This document shows positions 28,131 through 38,370 of a stretch of DNA of 64,000 bases, one piece after another. Position 1 is the stretch's first letter; every line of letters begins with the position of its first letter. The position numbers and the translations under genes are program-made. The notes below the pieces were generated by a model. It made no database searches. It had not been told where the DNA came from and was given only the letters and a program-made list of their open reading frames with translations. Source of the DNA: a virus; the IMG/VR virus record IMGVR_UViG_3300037487_001184, positions 60,230 to 124,229 of that record. The stretch is one strand, 5' to 3'.

Positions 28131-28585
28131 TACGCGGTTAACCTCAGAATTGTAACTGCAATTGTTGCATTATATGGTAAAAGAGTATCTGGGTTAGCTA
28201 AAGTTTTGTAGTGTACATCCACTTTATCTACTACACCATATATTGATAATGAGGCACCTGATACAAACATAACTTTTGGTGGTCTCTTGATATTACCACC
28301 ACCAGATTGAGTAGTGTCAGCTAATGCTATAAGACTAGCTGCAAAGCCTCGAACAAAGAAGTCTGAGTTATTATCTCTAGAAACGTCTATAGTAAAATGC
28401 ACTATATGACTTGAACCGCATGTATACTGCAGGAATGGTTCGTTATTACCCGCTGCTTTCATAGGATGCCACTGAGCTGACCTTGAATATTGAATGGTTG
28501 CTGGGTTCCATTGAAAAATAACCGGGGAAGCCCCACCATCGACTGGTATTATCATACCTTTAGTAAAATTAGGTGAGTATGGCAT
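28130..28585 (-). CDS. Tail tube initiator (contractile-injection-system tube-like)
   Basis: FQWNPATIQYSRSAQW, PFLQY, RPPKVMF; lies directly after the tape measure gene. Confidence 0.75.
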   Translation of the reverse strand: MPYSPNFTKGMIIPVDGGASPVIFQWNPATIQYSRSAQWHPMKAAGNNEPFLQYTCGSSHIVHFTIDVSRDNNSDFFVRGFAASLIALADTTQSGGGNIKRPPKVMFVSGASLSIYGVVDKVDVHYKTLANPDTLLPYNATIAVTILRLTA

Positions 28586-28605
28586 TTATATAGATAACAT
28601 CCTTA

Positions 28606-31449
28606 TTAATTTGTATAACCGCCCTGTGGTGGTACTTCAGCAGAACCCCCCACTCTAACGTCCTGTGCCATGCCAGGTCCTGCTATCTTAATTCCTGCAA
28701 TAGCTGCTGCCACTCCTGCTAAAGCCGATGCAATACTAGTTCCACCAGTACTAATACTTGCTGCCACTGTGTTGCTAACATCAGTTATAACACCACTAGA
28801 AGCCTCAGCATCAGACATCCCTGTTTTACCCCCAGCAGCGACCACGGACTCCATTGCTCCTTCCATCCCTTCTGGATACAAATCAACACCTGAAGCAAGA
28901 CCTTCTTTATCGAACCAACTCCCTACATAATCTCTATTTAATTTTATGCCTCTTTTAAGTTCACCCCCCCAATAATCACCAGCAACATTATCATCTTTAC
29001 GATTGGGATCTGAGAGACTATTCCAATACTTCAAGTCTGCTTCATTCTTTAAAACCTGCTGCGCCTTTGTTTGTGTTGAATCTGGAGCATACCTAGATAA
29101 AAAGTTTGAAAGGAATGAGTTTGAGGCAGCAAATTGAGCAACGTCTCTAGAAAAGTTAGCAGTAGCACGTTGATAAACTGTAGAAGCATCTAATAACTTA
29201 TCAGCACCAGTAACGGTATCTCCTTGACCATGAAAAGCCTCCTTAGCTTCTGCTGAAACTTGTTTTACTTGTTCCCTAATAAGAGGATTGTTCATAGAAT
29301 CCATTACTCCCAACACTTCCAGACTCTTCACTCCGCGCCTAGCTTCTCCTTTACCAAATATATCATCCGCACGAGAGGAACTCTCTCCTACTAAATTCCA
29401 TAATTTAGATGGGTCTTCTGCATATAACGCTGGGGTCATCTGCTCAATAGACTGCCCACCAAACTCAGGCAATGGTTTTGTAATCACCCTTCTATTATGT
29501 GTTTGCACCCCAGACTTACTAACATAAGCAGGTGTAAACGCCTTCGCTCCCCTAACAAAGAAATCCCTTGGTTGTTTACTCATCCATTTTAGTTGCTGAG
29601 GGGTAAGCTTATATGGGTCCTCTGGCAAGTACCTAGATTCAAGAACTTTTCCACGCGTAGCACCCATCGCTACTATTCTATTAATATCCTCCATATTTTT
29701 TCCGGTTAAATGTCTAAGTTGTCTACCTTGAGTATTGGCTTTCATGCCCATTGCTCTGGCTGAAAAAGCCATTCCAATTTCTTGTTCAATCGGTCTCCCT
29801 GTATTTAAAAGGGACTGAAATGTATACCTACCACTAGCTATCAAATCCCTAAACCATCCAGAAGAGAACGTTTCCCCTGCCCTGACCATATTCTGAAACT
29901 TAGTAAATCCAGCAGCCGGGTCTTTTGCCATAATATCTTTAAACTGAGGATGTTTTGTTAACAACTCAAACACAGTAGGCATCTCTAGTTGCGCCTGTTG
30001 AGGAGTCATTTTTCCTAATCTAGCACCAACTATCGCATTCTCAGTTAACTTATCCATCTGCCCCGGTGCCATATTCTTAGTACCACCCAAACCCATAAAC
30101 TCCGCCCGCATACTAGCAAAGTCTCCAGAACCTATCCCCTTTAAACCACCATACTTTGCCGATATGTCTGTACCAGTCATAAAAGCAGCTTCAACTTGTT
30201 CCTTAGTAGCACCAGCAGCGTACATATTAACAGCAGATTCTGTAAACTCTCCTCGATGCCTTTGTGTTATGACATCACTCATTACATTTCCAATACCTCT
30301 GACCGCACTATAAGCAGGTACATATACTACTGCAGAACCCATGCCTCTCCCGAAAGTATTAACACCTTCCCTAATCGCCCCACCAGTTGCGCTAGCCACT
30401 CCTCCAATACGTTCTCTTATATTACCACCAGCACCACTAAACATATGAGAAGGACCCGCATCCCAAGGCATCCCCCACTCACCTAACCCAGTTCCGGTAG
30501 GACCACCATAATAACGTCCACGCTGTCTAGCATTGTTCTGTCTGGTCCACTCCGCTCTCCTTATCTCCGCTTCGTTATACTGACTAGACCTACCACCCAC
30601 ATAACCTGGTGCTTGCCAATTAACATAGGCTTGTCTTCCAGCCGCCGTAGTTAGATCAAATTTTGGGGCAGCTCCCGAAACATGAGCGCCCAAATCCGCA
30701 GCAAACTGCCTCATTCTAGGTGTCGGTCCTACACGGTCTGCCCCCCATCTTCCATCTGTCGTTTCAAGAGAACCGGCTGGTCTACCTAGACCACCAGCAT
30801 CCCTTTTCAAAGCTGCGTTGCGTGCTTTTTCTTTTGCTGCGGATAAACTCGCTACATCAGCATCGGCTTGCATTGCGGCATCAACTGCTCTTCGGGCTAG
30901 TGTAACTTTCTGCACATCTAATGCAAGTTGTTTTTGACCTTTATGCATGGTAGCATATTTTTTCTGCTGTGCTGTATTCATCGAGGCGACAAGCTGCGCT
31001 TCAGTTAATGCACCTTGAAGTGCTGCCTGTAATGCAACAGCTTCCTGTTTACCAGCTTTTGTAGTCTTAGCGACGCTCATAACGGCAGCTTTGCTTTGTG
31101 CCGCTGCAAGTTCTGGAGCGTAAAGTGATGAGGGTGTTAAGTTTTTAGCAGAACCACCCGCCACATTGGCAAACATATTTCGAACATTACCAATTACTCT
31201 CTTGGCTTCAGTCTCAAAAGCCTTCAAACTATCAGTGCTTATTTTAGGCTCAACAAGAATATCACCGGCTGCTTTCTTTAACTCAGCAAACTGTTTACGC
31301 AGCGGAGCAGTCAAATCCTTAGACATGGATTTGCCGACAGTTTGCTCAAGTTTGGCACCTAATTGATTAAACTCAGTAGCTATCTTATTTATTTCAGCTT
31401 CTAAGTTTCCAACTAGTGAAACACCTATGGTTACATTGGTATCAGGCAC
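28606..31449 (-). CDS. Tape measure protein
   Basis: 947 aa, Ala/Gly-rich and helical; lies between the tail chaperones and the tube initiator. Confidence 0.75.
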   Translation of the reverse strand: MPDTNVTIGVSLVGNLEAEINKIATEFNQLGAKLEQTVGKSMSKDLTAPLRKQFAELKKAAGDILVEPKISTDSLKAFETEAKRVIGNVRNMFANVAGGSAKNLTPSSLYAPELAAAQSKAAVMSVAKTTKAGKQEAVALQAALQGALTEAQLVASMNTAQQKKYATMHKGQKQLALDVQKVTLARRAVDAAMQADADVASLSAAKEKARNAALKRDAGGLGRPAGSLETTDGRWGADRVGPTPRMRQFAADLGAHVSGAAPKFDLTTAAGRQAYVNWQAPGYVGGRSSQYNEAEIRRAEWTRQNNARQRGRYYGGPTGTGLGEWGMPWDAGPSHMFSGAGGNIRERIGGVASATGGAIREGVNTFGRGMGSAVVYVPAYSAVRGIGNVMSDVITQRHRGEFTESAVNMYAAGATKEQVEAAFMTGTDISAKYGGLKGIGSGDFASMRAEFMGLGGTKNMAPGQMDKLTENAIVGARLGKMTPQQAQLEMPTVFELLTKHPQFKDIMAKDPAAGFTKFQNMVRAGETFSSGWFRDLIASGRYTFQSLLNTGRPIEQEIGMAFSARAMGMKANTQGRQLRHLTGKNMEDINRIVAMGATRGKVLESRYLPEDPYKLTPQQLKWMSKQPRDFFVRGAKAFTPAYVSKSGVQTHNRRVITKPLPEFGGQSIEQMTPALYAEDPSKLWNLVGESSSRADDIFGKGEARRGVKSLEVLGVMDSMNNPLIREQVKQVSAEAKEAFHGQGDTVTGADKLLDASTVYQRATANFSRDVAQFAASNSFLSNFLSRYAPDSTQTKAQQVLKNEADLKYWNSLSDPNRKDDNVAGDYWGGELKRGIKLNRDYVGSWFDKEGLASGVDLYPEGMEGAMESVVAAGGKTGMSDAEASSGVITDVSNTVAASISTGGTSIASALAGVAAAIAGIKIAGPGMAQDVRVGGSAEVPPQGGYTN

Positions 31450-31708
31450 TTTTCCTCTTCTTTTTAGCCTCTTTTTTCTCGAACTCTATCTGAGCTAGGT
31501 ACTGTTTCCATGTATCTTTTCTTACTGAGCTGGGCCAGGACATAATATCATTCTTGCTTTCTTTCATGTGCCACTCAAGATTAAACACATCTTGATTGAA
31601 TCCTTTAAGTGTTTCATAAACAAGTGGGCACCATATTGAAGCATCTCTATAACCCCATTGTACAAACTCACCAGCCACCTGGCGAGCTAGCCCGTTGGAA
31701 ATAAAAAA
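31442..31708 (-). CDS. Tail assembly chaperone extension (GT-like), reached by -1 frameshift
   Basis: The -1 frame is open past the slippery T TTT TTA; DVFNLEWHMKESKNDIMSWPSSVRK resembles tail chaperone T segments. Confidence 0.75.
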   Translation of the reverse strand, partial: FFISNGLARQVAGEFVQWGYRDASIWCPLVYETLKGFNQDVFNLEWHMKESKNDIMSWPSSVRKDTWKQYLAQIEFEKKEAKKKRKSA

Positions 31709-32394
31709 TCCGGGTGTGTAAGCACATTCACCAACGCGGGAGAACTGCACTTAGGGCACACCAACTTAGCCACAGAATCATAACCACATACTAATTTACT
31801 TCTAGCCTTTCTTATTGCTCTATGATCAGCAGAAGGGAATTTAACAACATCTTCATATGAAAAATCATTAGAGCCATCAATAGACCTAATACTCTGAAAC
31901 TCACTCTGATTAGAGTCCACGCCGGTATCCAGTTGAGATAAAACAATAGCTTCTTTGTGTCCGGTAAGTAAACCAAATACAATTTTCTTTTTAGTCTTTG
32001 GAAGTGTAATCTCAACCTCCGGGTCCGCTTTATTCTCTACATCTGGATATGTAAACTTCATAGATTTAAGTGGAAACTCGTGTGGGGAAACTTCTCCACA
32101 TACGTAACACATATTGTTGAACTCAAATACTTCACCGTAATTAATCTTATAGCCCTCTATTAACAAATGGTCTTGATCTGGAATATATAAATCTAATATG
32201 TGATCGGTGGTAACTTTCCTCAAACTACCTATTGATTGAACAAGAACTGCTAGGTAATCCACTATCAGTTCATACATTTTTTTATTTCTTTTGAGAAGCA
32301 GCCTATCAGCGTATCCATCAGTTTCCTGAATAACGACATCTTTTCCGTTTAACGGGAGTGTAACTGTTTTCTTCTCAAGAACATAATCAGACAT
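31687..32394 (-). CDS. Tail assembly chaperone (G-like) with two CxxC pairs
   Basis: Between tube and tape measure genes; CYVC and CPKC; two repeated TLP..K.V halves; ends HPDFLFPTG. Confidence 0.75.
   Translation of the reverse strand: MSDYVLEKKTVTLPLNGKDVVIQETDGYADRLLLKRNKKMYELIVDYLAVLVQSIGSLRKVTTDHILDLYIPDQDHLLIEGYKINYGEVFEFNNMCYVCGEVSPHEFPLKSMKFTYPDVENKADPEVEITLPKTKKKIVFGLLTGHKEAIVLSQLDTGVDSNQSEFQSIRSIDGSNDFSYEDVVKFPSADHRAIRKARSKLVCGYDSVAKLVCPKCSSPALVNVLTHPDFLFPTG
31702..31708 (-). other. Programmed -1 frameshift slippery heptamer TTTTTTA
   Basis: GAT TTT TTA in frame (X XXY YYZ), four codons before the stop. Confidence 0.8.
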
Positions 32395-32412
32395 AAAGCC
32401 TCCCTATTAAAA

Positions 32413-32895
32413 TTATGTTATAATTCGCATAGTCCTTGATTCGTATGCAATCTCCAGCTCTTCAATAACATTAGCAGCTTCTCCCAAAGAGTGCCTGTCT
32501 CCTAATGTAAAGCTAACAGGAAAACCACGTTTATATTCCCACACTCTAGAGGGGTCTCCCTTCGGATCTAACTCATACAAAGTAAAATTTTTCAAGTATG
32601 TAGCTGGAATTTGACCATTACCAGTAACCGGGTCTTGACACAGATTCATCCAATCTTCGAAATAAACCCTTCCAGGTCCATCCAAAGGCGAGACTATACC
32701 AAGTGTACAGTTACCATAATTAAGCATCCCTGCTTCTTTAGCCGGGTGGTTTTGCCCAGCCCCTGCGTGCTGGGTAACACTATTTGTACGAACCCCAGGA
32801 TTAAAGTGCTGCACTAAAGCAGCCGGAAGTCCATTAATCTCTAATCTAAACTTAAATTGCTTCAACACACTAATTGCTGCAGCTTCTACGGGCAT
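32413..32895 (-). CDS. Tail tube protein (T4 gp19-like)
   Basis: FKFRLEING, GMLNYGNCTL, FEDW, YLKNFTL, RVWEYKRGFPV, IEELEIAYE. Confidence 0.85.
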   Translation of the reverse strand: MPVEAAAISVLKQFKFRLEINGLPAALVQHFNPGVRTNSVTQHAGAGQNHPAKEAGMLNYGNCTLGIVSPLDGPGRVYFEDWMNLCQDPVTGNGQIPATYLKNFTLYELDPKGDPSRVWEYKRGFPVSFTLGDRHSLGEAANVIEELEIAYESRTMRIIT

Positions 32896-33000
32896 TTTCT
32901 AGTTCCTCCTATCAATTTTTGTGCACACAAAAATGAACATGGCGAACATGTTAGATGCTCGCCAGATTCTGTCAAGGGGATGTCAGGAGATATGTTACTT

Positions 33001-34038
33001 TTAACTAATCCTATTCTTCAACTCCTCTACCCGTAGACAACCGCAAGATTTGGAAGAGCCCCTCTTCAGGTTGTTTAAAAGAACCTCGGTAACCTTACCA
33101 CAATCGCACTTACATAACGCATATGTGAGATACTGTTTTCCGTTAGATTTTCTGCATGTATTTACTACGGTTAATCTACCAAACCTAATTCCTGAAAGGT
33201 CTTTCAACTTAGAACCTTGAGGGATATTATACTTAGTACCTGGTTTAGTTCCGGGCGTGTGCGCGTTAGGGTCCAATATCTTCTCGGGTGGGTCCCCCCG
33301 TTCATACCTGTTCTTTAATAACTGATACGAAACTCCAAGTTTCTCTGCCCACTCTCCTATAGTCCGTGACTCGCCGCCATATGTAAGAATGGTATTTTTA
33401 ATATCCCTAGTCTTGTTGTCAAGTGTGTTCTTAGATAGAACCTTATCTACAGAAAACTTCGACCTTGACCTTATTCGTTTATGAATAGTAGTGGCTGGAA
33501 TATCAAGTTGCTTTGCCCAATCCTCTACAACACGAGTCTCTCCTTTATATGTCAACTTACGATTCGTACGTTTGTTCCTTGCCTGTTCTCTTAGGCTTTC
33601 GTACCTACAGTTCTCTGGAGAATACCCCAAATCATTATCTTTCCTACCTAATGTCTTTCCATCTGGGCATATTCCCATATCTTCAAAGAAGTTAGCGAAG
33701 CCGTCTTCCCCATCCCACCTATCACAAAAGGTTATCCCTCTCCCTCCATAATTTTTATACTCTTTTCTGTTAGGATTTCTGCATCTAGCACGCGCCCCTT
33801 CCCATATCGTATATTCCTTCTGGTATATACTGTCTTTTGCCGCCCCGCCGTGTTTCACATTAGCGCTGCACCCACAAGAGGTGGATTTACCAGTTCGTAC
33901 TGAATAAGAATCGACGAGTCTCTCTGTTCCACACTCACATACACACTTGTAAAAATAACGTGTAGATGTCCCCATAACCTTCTTAATGACACCAGTCACT
34001 TTCCATTTCCCAAATTTTGTTCCGGCTTTATTTTCCAT
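33001..34038 (-). CDS. HNH-type homing endonuclease with extra C-terminal DNA-binding and Zn modules
   Basis: CVCECG, STSCGC, NYGGRGITFCDRW, RKDNDLGYSPENCR; two TYxGE.R...WA repeats; second DLSG.RFGRL..CKCDCG..SCGC module. Confidence 0.85.
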   Translation of the reverse strand: MENKAGTKFGKWKVTGVIKKVMGTSTRYFYKCVCECGTERLVDSYSVRTGKSTSCGCSANVKHGGAAKDSIYQKEYTIWEGARARCRNPNRKEYKNYGGRGITFCDRWDGEDGFANFFEDMGICPDGKTLGRKDNDLGYSPENCRYESLREQARNKRTNRKLTYKGETRVVEDWAKQLDIPATTIHKRIRSRSKFSVDKVLSKNTLDNKTRDIKNTILTYGGESRTIGEWAEKLGVSYQLLKNRYERGDPPEKILDPNAHTPGTKPGTKYNIPQGSKLKDLSGIRFGRLTVVNTCRKSNGKQYLTYALCKCDCGKVTEVLLNNLKRGSSKSCGCLRVEELKNRIS

Positions 34039-34071
34039 AAAAAAACCTCCTTACATTTTCATAAGGAGGTT
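34039..34071 (-). terminator. RBS-sequestering, terminator-like hairpin before the HNH gene
   Basis: AACCTCCTTA-tgaaaatg-TAAGGAGGTT followed by TTTTT and then the ATG. Confidence 0.7.
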
Positions 34072-34097
34072 ATACCATAAAAAAGATGAAATGTTAA
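34069..34097 (-). promoter_or_regulatory. Sigma70-type promoter of the HNH gene
   Basis: TTAACA-17 nt-TATAAC with extended TG. Confidence 0.6.
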
Positions 34098-34198
34098 GTT
34101 TTACTCTGGAACGCCGTTTGAGTTTTTCCTCAATAGTATGTTTTTTTGTTCCAGACTGAGAAATAAGCTACTTTAAGTATTTTACCTAAGTAGTTGAA

Positions 34199-36835
34199 TT
34201 ATCTTCGAATCCAACCCGGCAGTTCCTTTAACTCTGTGTAGGTCTCGAAAGCCTCACCCGTTCTAAGTACACCTAACTCAAATTCCAGGTAGTAAATAGT
34301 TCTCGTAGGCTGGATAAGCGCCCTACAATGGTAAATTCCTCTATCGATATCAAGTCCTGAGTTGATAACAGCATTCTTTAGTACTCCACCATCAAACCAG
34401 GCATCACGGTCGGTCTGCAACGCGTAGTCATAGATATCATACTTATTCTTCCAATCATCAAAAGCAGGTTCAAGAGTTCTATGAATCTCTCTCCATGTTA
34501 CAGGATGGTTAGGTTCAAACAAGAAGGTTCTCAGTATCGGCATAAGCATCCTATTCATAACCGTAATAAACCTAACAACATTGAGTTCTCTCAATGCGGA
34601 AGGTGCTCTTTGAGTAGTTCTCTGCTCCCAGAACATCGCGCCCTCGATACCTACGTATCTAGATATCATCAGGTAATTGATGCCGTTCTCTGCAAACAAG
34701 TCAGAGTAACCTGTAGTCCTATTAGTTTGGATATCAAAATCCAAATCCTCAACAAGTGTTACCACACCTCGTCTGGGTCCAACAGGAGCGTGACTTGAAC
34801 CGTAATCATTATCAGTCCTACATAAACAAGATGCTAGATGCCCAAGGTTGGAAACCCACTTCCTAGTATCATCCAAGTCATCATAAACCAACGGACGACC
34901 GTACCACAAAGAGAACCTATGACTATTGAAAGCCGGATGGCTCCAAGGGGCTCCACCTAGTCTCCAGGTCACTGCTTCTTCAGGACGCAATCCGTAAGGC
35001 ACCATCCCATACCCTAACATATCGGCTCTATCCTCACAGTATACAATCATCGCTTGATAGACCGTAGCAGAGGTAGTACCTGGAACCATAAGATCCATAC
35101 TCATATGAGCAGTATCTGCAGCATAAATTCCGGTTTGTGAAGGAGAATCACCTATCCAATCGGAATCATCAAAATCATCAAGCCCGTTAAACCCACCTGT
35201 GAGAGCAACACCCAGTGTCTCATCAGAAAGTTCTGGTCGATTAAGCCACCCAACTTCTGTATAAAAATCATTTGAAGAACTTTCATCAGTCACTGTTACA
35301 AGTGTAGACCTTTCATTAATGTAGTTAACAAAATATCTCTGAGATGTTGGGTCCATGCTAAGTGTTGGGAACCACTCTTGCATGGCACTTTGTCGAAGAT
35401 AAGAAACCTTTACATCAAAACTACCTCTTGAATCAAGCGCAGAATCGTATATAAACACTCTAAGGTCATCGCCCCAATCTCCTGGGTCTTTTGATGTGAA
35501 TGTTGCAGTGTCTTCCTGTACCCCTTCATACCCAAGAACTTCTGTAGTTATAAACCCTAATTTTATAGCTGAGGATGACTCAGATTTAATTTGTACAGAA
35601 GAGTCATCACCAGAAGCTACAGTTCTAAAAGCTAGTTTACCATCTACGGACAGCACAGTAGCCCCTTCTAATCCTGCCTCGTTTATTTGAGTAACTAACT
35701 GAGCAGAGGTCAATCTAAAAGAAGAGCCCGGTGATGTAGAGGGGCTTCTTTCATAAACACCTTCTACAAATCCTAATACAGTATAACAATGAAGAGCTAC
35801 TGTCATTATCTCTATATCATCTGCTACATTTGTAGCAAATACTTTAATCTTATCTGTACTTGTAGCCACGGCACTAACGTCATCAATAGCTGCAATTTCT
35901 TCCGCTATTTGTGTAGCAGTTCTTTGAATACCAGCAGTTAATGTTATAGTAGTGGGACTCCCCCACTCTCCATTATGCCTGACCCTAATTTTAAACTTAT
36001 CATTCTCAGTATCCGTCGCTTTAATAACAAACGGACCGGCAACAGTACCAGTTGTCCTACCAGATATAGTCGAATCATAAGCAAAGGAAAAATACTGATC
36101 TGCTCCACCATCTATGGATACAATTAGTTCATCTTCCCCAACGATATGCATATACTGTCCCATAGTGACACCAATAGTGCTATAAACATCATCAGCAACA
36201 TCCGATATCTCTAAATCATCGTCAGGGTTATCAGTAAATATCTTTACATGCCCGTGTATAGCTTCCGCATTTATACCTGTTGCTGCTGCTATTTCAAGAG
36301 CAATCTGTGAAGCAGACCTCGTTGTACCTTCAGTTAATGTTATAGGTAAAGCACTTCCCCATGTTCCTTCGTGTCGAATTTTGGCTGAGAACGCTTTATT
36401 ATCTGCGGTTATCTCAAACGGTCCTTCAACAGTACCAGTTACATGCCCACCAAAACTCTGAATAAATGTGTAAGGACCAGTTCTTCCTTCAACATAAGCA
36501 TGAGTTATAGCGTTACCTCTATCCGGGATAGTAACAGTAGCTGTAGTTGCAGTTAATGTGGAGGCATCAGAAGTTACGTCATAATGCGCCGTACGTATAA
36601 GATTCAAACGCGCACCCTGTCGAAGTGCCATTTCACAAACCAACGGATCATTTGTATATGGAACTTTCAGCCCATATGCTCTACGATAGTCATCAAGTGA
36701 TGTTACAGTCATTGGAACACCAACAGGTCCGCGTTCTGCTTGAATAACCATAGTAACATAACCCATAGCTACGGCATCGACAAACATTGAAAGGTCGTTT
36801 ATAGTCCAAATTACTCTAGCAGTGCCTAGTGTCAT
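34199..36835 (-). CDS. Tail sheath protein with inserted domains
   Basis: AERGPVGVP, PGDWGDDL, LTGG, APVGPRRG, ENGIN, RELNVVR, FLFEPN...W, IQPTRTIYYL. Confidence 0.9.
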   Translation of the reverse strand: MTLGTARVIWTINDLSMFVDAVAMGYVTMVIQAERGPVGVPMTVTSLDDYRRAYGLKVPYTNDPLVCEMALRQGARLNLIRTAHYDVTSDASTLTATTATVTIPDRGNAITHAYVEGRTGPYTFIQSFGGHVTGTVEGPFEITADNKAFSAKIRHEGTWGSALPITLTEGTTRSASQIALEIAAATGINAEAIHGHVKIFTDNPDDDLEISDVADDVYSTIGVTMGQYMHIVGEDELIVSIDGGADQYFSFAYDSTISGRTTGTVAGPFVIKATDTENDKFKIRVRHNGEWGSPTTITLTAGIQRTATQIAEEIAAIDDVSAVATSTDKIKVFATNVADDIEIMTVALHCYTVLGFVEGVYERSPSTSPGSSFRLTSAQLVTQINEAGLEGATVLSVDGKLAFRTVASGDDSSVQIKSESSSAIKLGFITTEVLGYEGVQEDTATFTSKDPGDWGDDLRVFIYDSALDSRGSFDVKVSYLRQSAMQEWFPTLSMDPTSQRYFVNYINERSTLVTVTDESSSNDFYTEVGWLNRPELSDETLGVALTGGFNGLDDFDDSDWIGDSPSQTGIYAADTAHMSMDLMVPGTTSATVYQAMIVYCEDRADMLGYGMVPYGLRPEEAVTWRLGGAPWSHPAFNSHRFSLWYGRPLVYDDLDDTRKWVSNLGHLASCLCRTDNDYGSSHAPVGPRRGVVTLVEDLDFDIQTNRTTGYSDLFAENGINYLMISRYVGIEGAMFWEQRTTQRAPSALRELNVVRFITVMNRMLMPILRTFLFEPNHPVTWREIHRTLEPAFDDWKNKYDIYDYALQTDRDAWFDGGVLKNAVINSGLDIDRGIYHCRALIQPTRTIYYLEFELGVLRTGEAFETYTELKELPGWIRR

Positions 36836-36854
36836 TCTATTACCCTCCTATTAT

Positions 36855-37118
36855 TTAGCAATTTATAATCTTAATTTCGCCATCAGCCGCCAGTCTATTT
36901 GTGTAACCTGGGACTAATTTCCTCAATACTGGTCTTGACTTTCCGTTTTTAGGGACTCTACAATTAGCCCCATTTGTAAGGGTAATATCAATTCCACCTG
37001 TCTTCACATCTTGTATGCAGATAAGACCAAGGACCTTAGCCGCTTTAGCACCGGACTCTACCGCCACTGGCTCAACAACTTGTCCTTCAACATTAGTGTA
37101 ATCTTCAAAAGTTGACAT
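36855..37118 (-). CDS. Hypothetical virion protein
   Basis: 87-aa ORF with GGAG RBS, just upstream of the sheath gene. Confidence 0.65.
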   Translation of the reverse strand: MSTFEDYTNVEGQVVEPVAVESGAKAAKVLGLICIQDVKTGGIDITLTNGANCRVPKNGKSRPVLRKLVPGYTNRLAADGEIKIINC

Positions 37119-37129
37119 ATTTTATACTC

Positions 37130-37777
37130 CTATTCAGTAGTTATATCAAACTCAACGTCTGTTGTGGGGGTAGACGTATAATGTTCAATTCTATCTAACC
37201 ATAAATCTAACACGGCTAAAACATAAGCACTGCTAAAAACAGGCTTTTCTAGTTGATCCATACCTAAAACCTTCTCGAATACGAACAATCCGTATTGTGA
37301 TTGGTCTATATCCGGTATCTGAGATTGAAATCCAGGCGGAAATATTTGAAACATCATTTCCGTCAACCAATCATGCTGCGCCTTATCCGTAGCCATTGTA
37401 AACATTTCGTAATATAAATTTATTGGTGTGGGGTATGGTTTTCTAGTAAATCCATCTGGACCTGTTGCCACACCTCCGCCCATAATCTGTGGAATATCGA
37501 CACTAATCTCTGTATCGCTAGGAACAAATACTTCGTGTCCAACCCTAAAACTTATAAGTCTGTGTTCAACGTGAGTACGAACAAATGCAACAGATGGATA
37601 CAAAGTCTCATTTTTTTCCCTATCCGGCATATATTCATAAACCTTCACTGGTCTGTAGTGAACACCCTGTGGTCCAGCAGGTAAAGCTACAGCATAGTTG
37701 AATTTTACCAACTCAAGTCTGCTTTTTATGAATGCATCCACGTACTGTAACACTACTATCGCATCCTTTCGGGCCAA
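37130..37777 (-). CDS. Putative tail terminator/neck protein
   Basis: YPSVAF and PYPTPINLYYE motifs; position upstream of the sheath gene. Confidence 0.6.
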   Translation of the reverse strand: MARKDAIVVLQYVDAFIKSRLELVKFNYAVALPAGPQGVHYRPVKVYEYMPDREKNETLYPSVAFVRTHVEHRLISFRVGHEVFVPSDTEISVDIPQIMGGGVATGPDGFTRKPYPTPINLYYEMFTMATDKAQHDWLTEMMFQIFPPGFQSQIPDIDQSQYGLFVFEKVLGMDQLEKPVFSSAYVLAVLDLWLDRIEHYTSTPTTDVEFDITTE

Positions 37778-38370
37778 GCCCGTTTAGCCCAATTACCATA
37801 TATGCCTTTAGGAGGAGCGCCCTGTAAACGAAATCTTTCCCTCATATCGGAAATCTTACCATATATCGCTGGTGCTCTAGCTGCACCTCCAAAAAATCCT
37901 TTACCTTGTTCGGCAAGTGTTAATACTCTGTTGATGCCGCCTCGACTGCCAGCAAAACCAACTCCACCTATGCTTGCAATAACTGCCGCTTTCACAATCG
38001 CCGCTGCCTCCGGCATACATTTAGCAACCGTGGGCCAGAGGAAAGGTCTTGCTGGCATTCTACCAGTGCCCATTTCATGATAAACAGCATAATCAGCACC
38101 AACAACCACACTGGCTGACATACCACCACCAGGAACAGCCATTATACTACCAATCAAACCTCCAGTACGATTCAAGGTTGCAGGTCCGCCTTCTTTAAGC
38201 GGTGCCCATCCTTCACCGCCCTTAGATATAAAATTCCTAGTCTCTGCGGCTATAAACTCCACTGCATTAAGAATACCGGCTTTACACCCAGCTCTTGCGG
38301 CTGCGGGTATCTTTCTTAAATCTCCGAGAGCTGCGGTTAACCCCTGAATGTCGAACTTAAGTGCTAGCAT
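37756..38370 (-). CDS. Virion morphogenesis / HK97 gp10-like protein
   Basis: WAPLK, LNRTGGLIGSI, YAVYHEMGTGRMPARPFL. Confidence 0.8.
   Translation of the reverse strand: MLALKFDIQGLTAALGDLRKIPAAARAGCKAGILNAVEFIAAETRNFISKGGEGWAPLKEGGPATLNRTGGLIGSIMAVPGGGMSASVVVGADYAVYHEMGTGRMPARPFLWPTVAKCMPEAAAIVKAAVIASIGGVGFAGSRGGINRVLTLAEQGKGFFGGAARAPAIYGKISDMRERFRLQGAPPKGIYGNWAKRAWPERMR

Noticed and set aside
32896-34198. Group I intron around the HNH gene
   Set aside because: Sheath and tube genes are each complete, and the flanks are too short for an intron core
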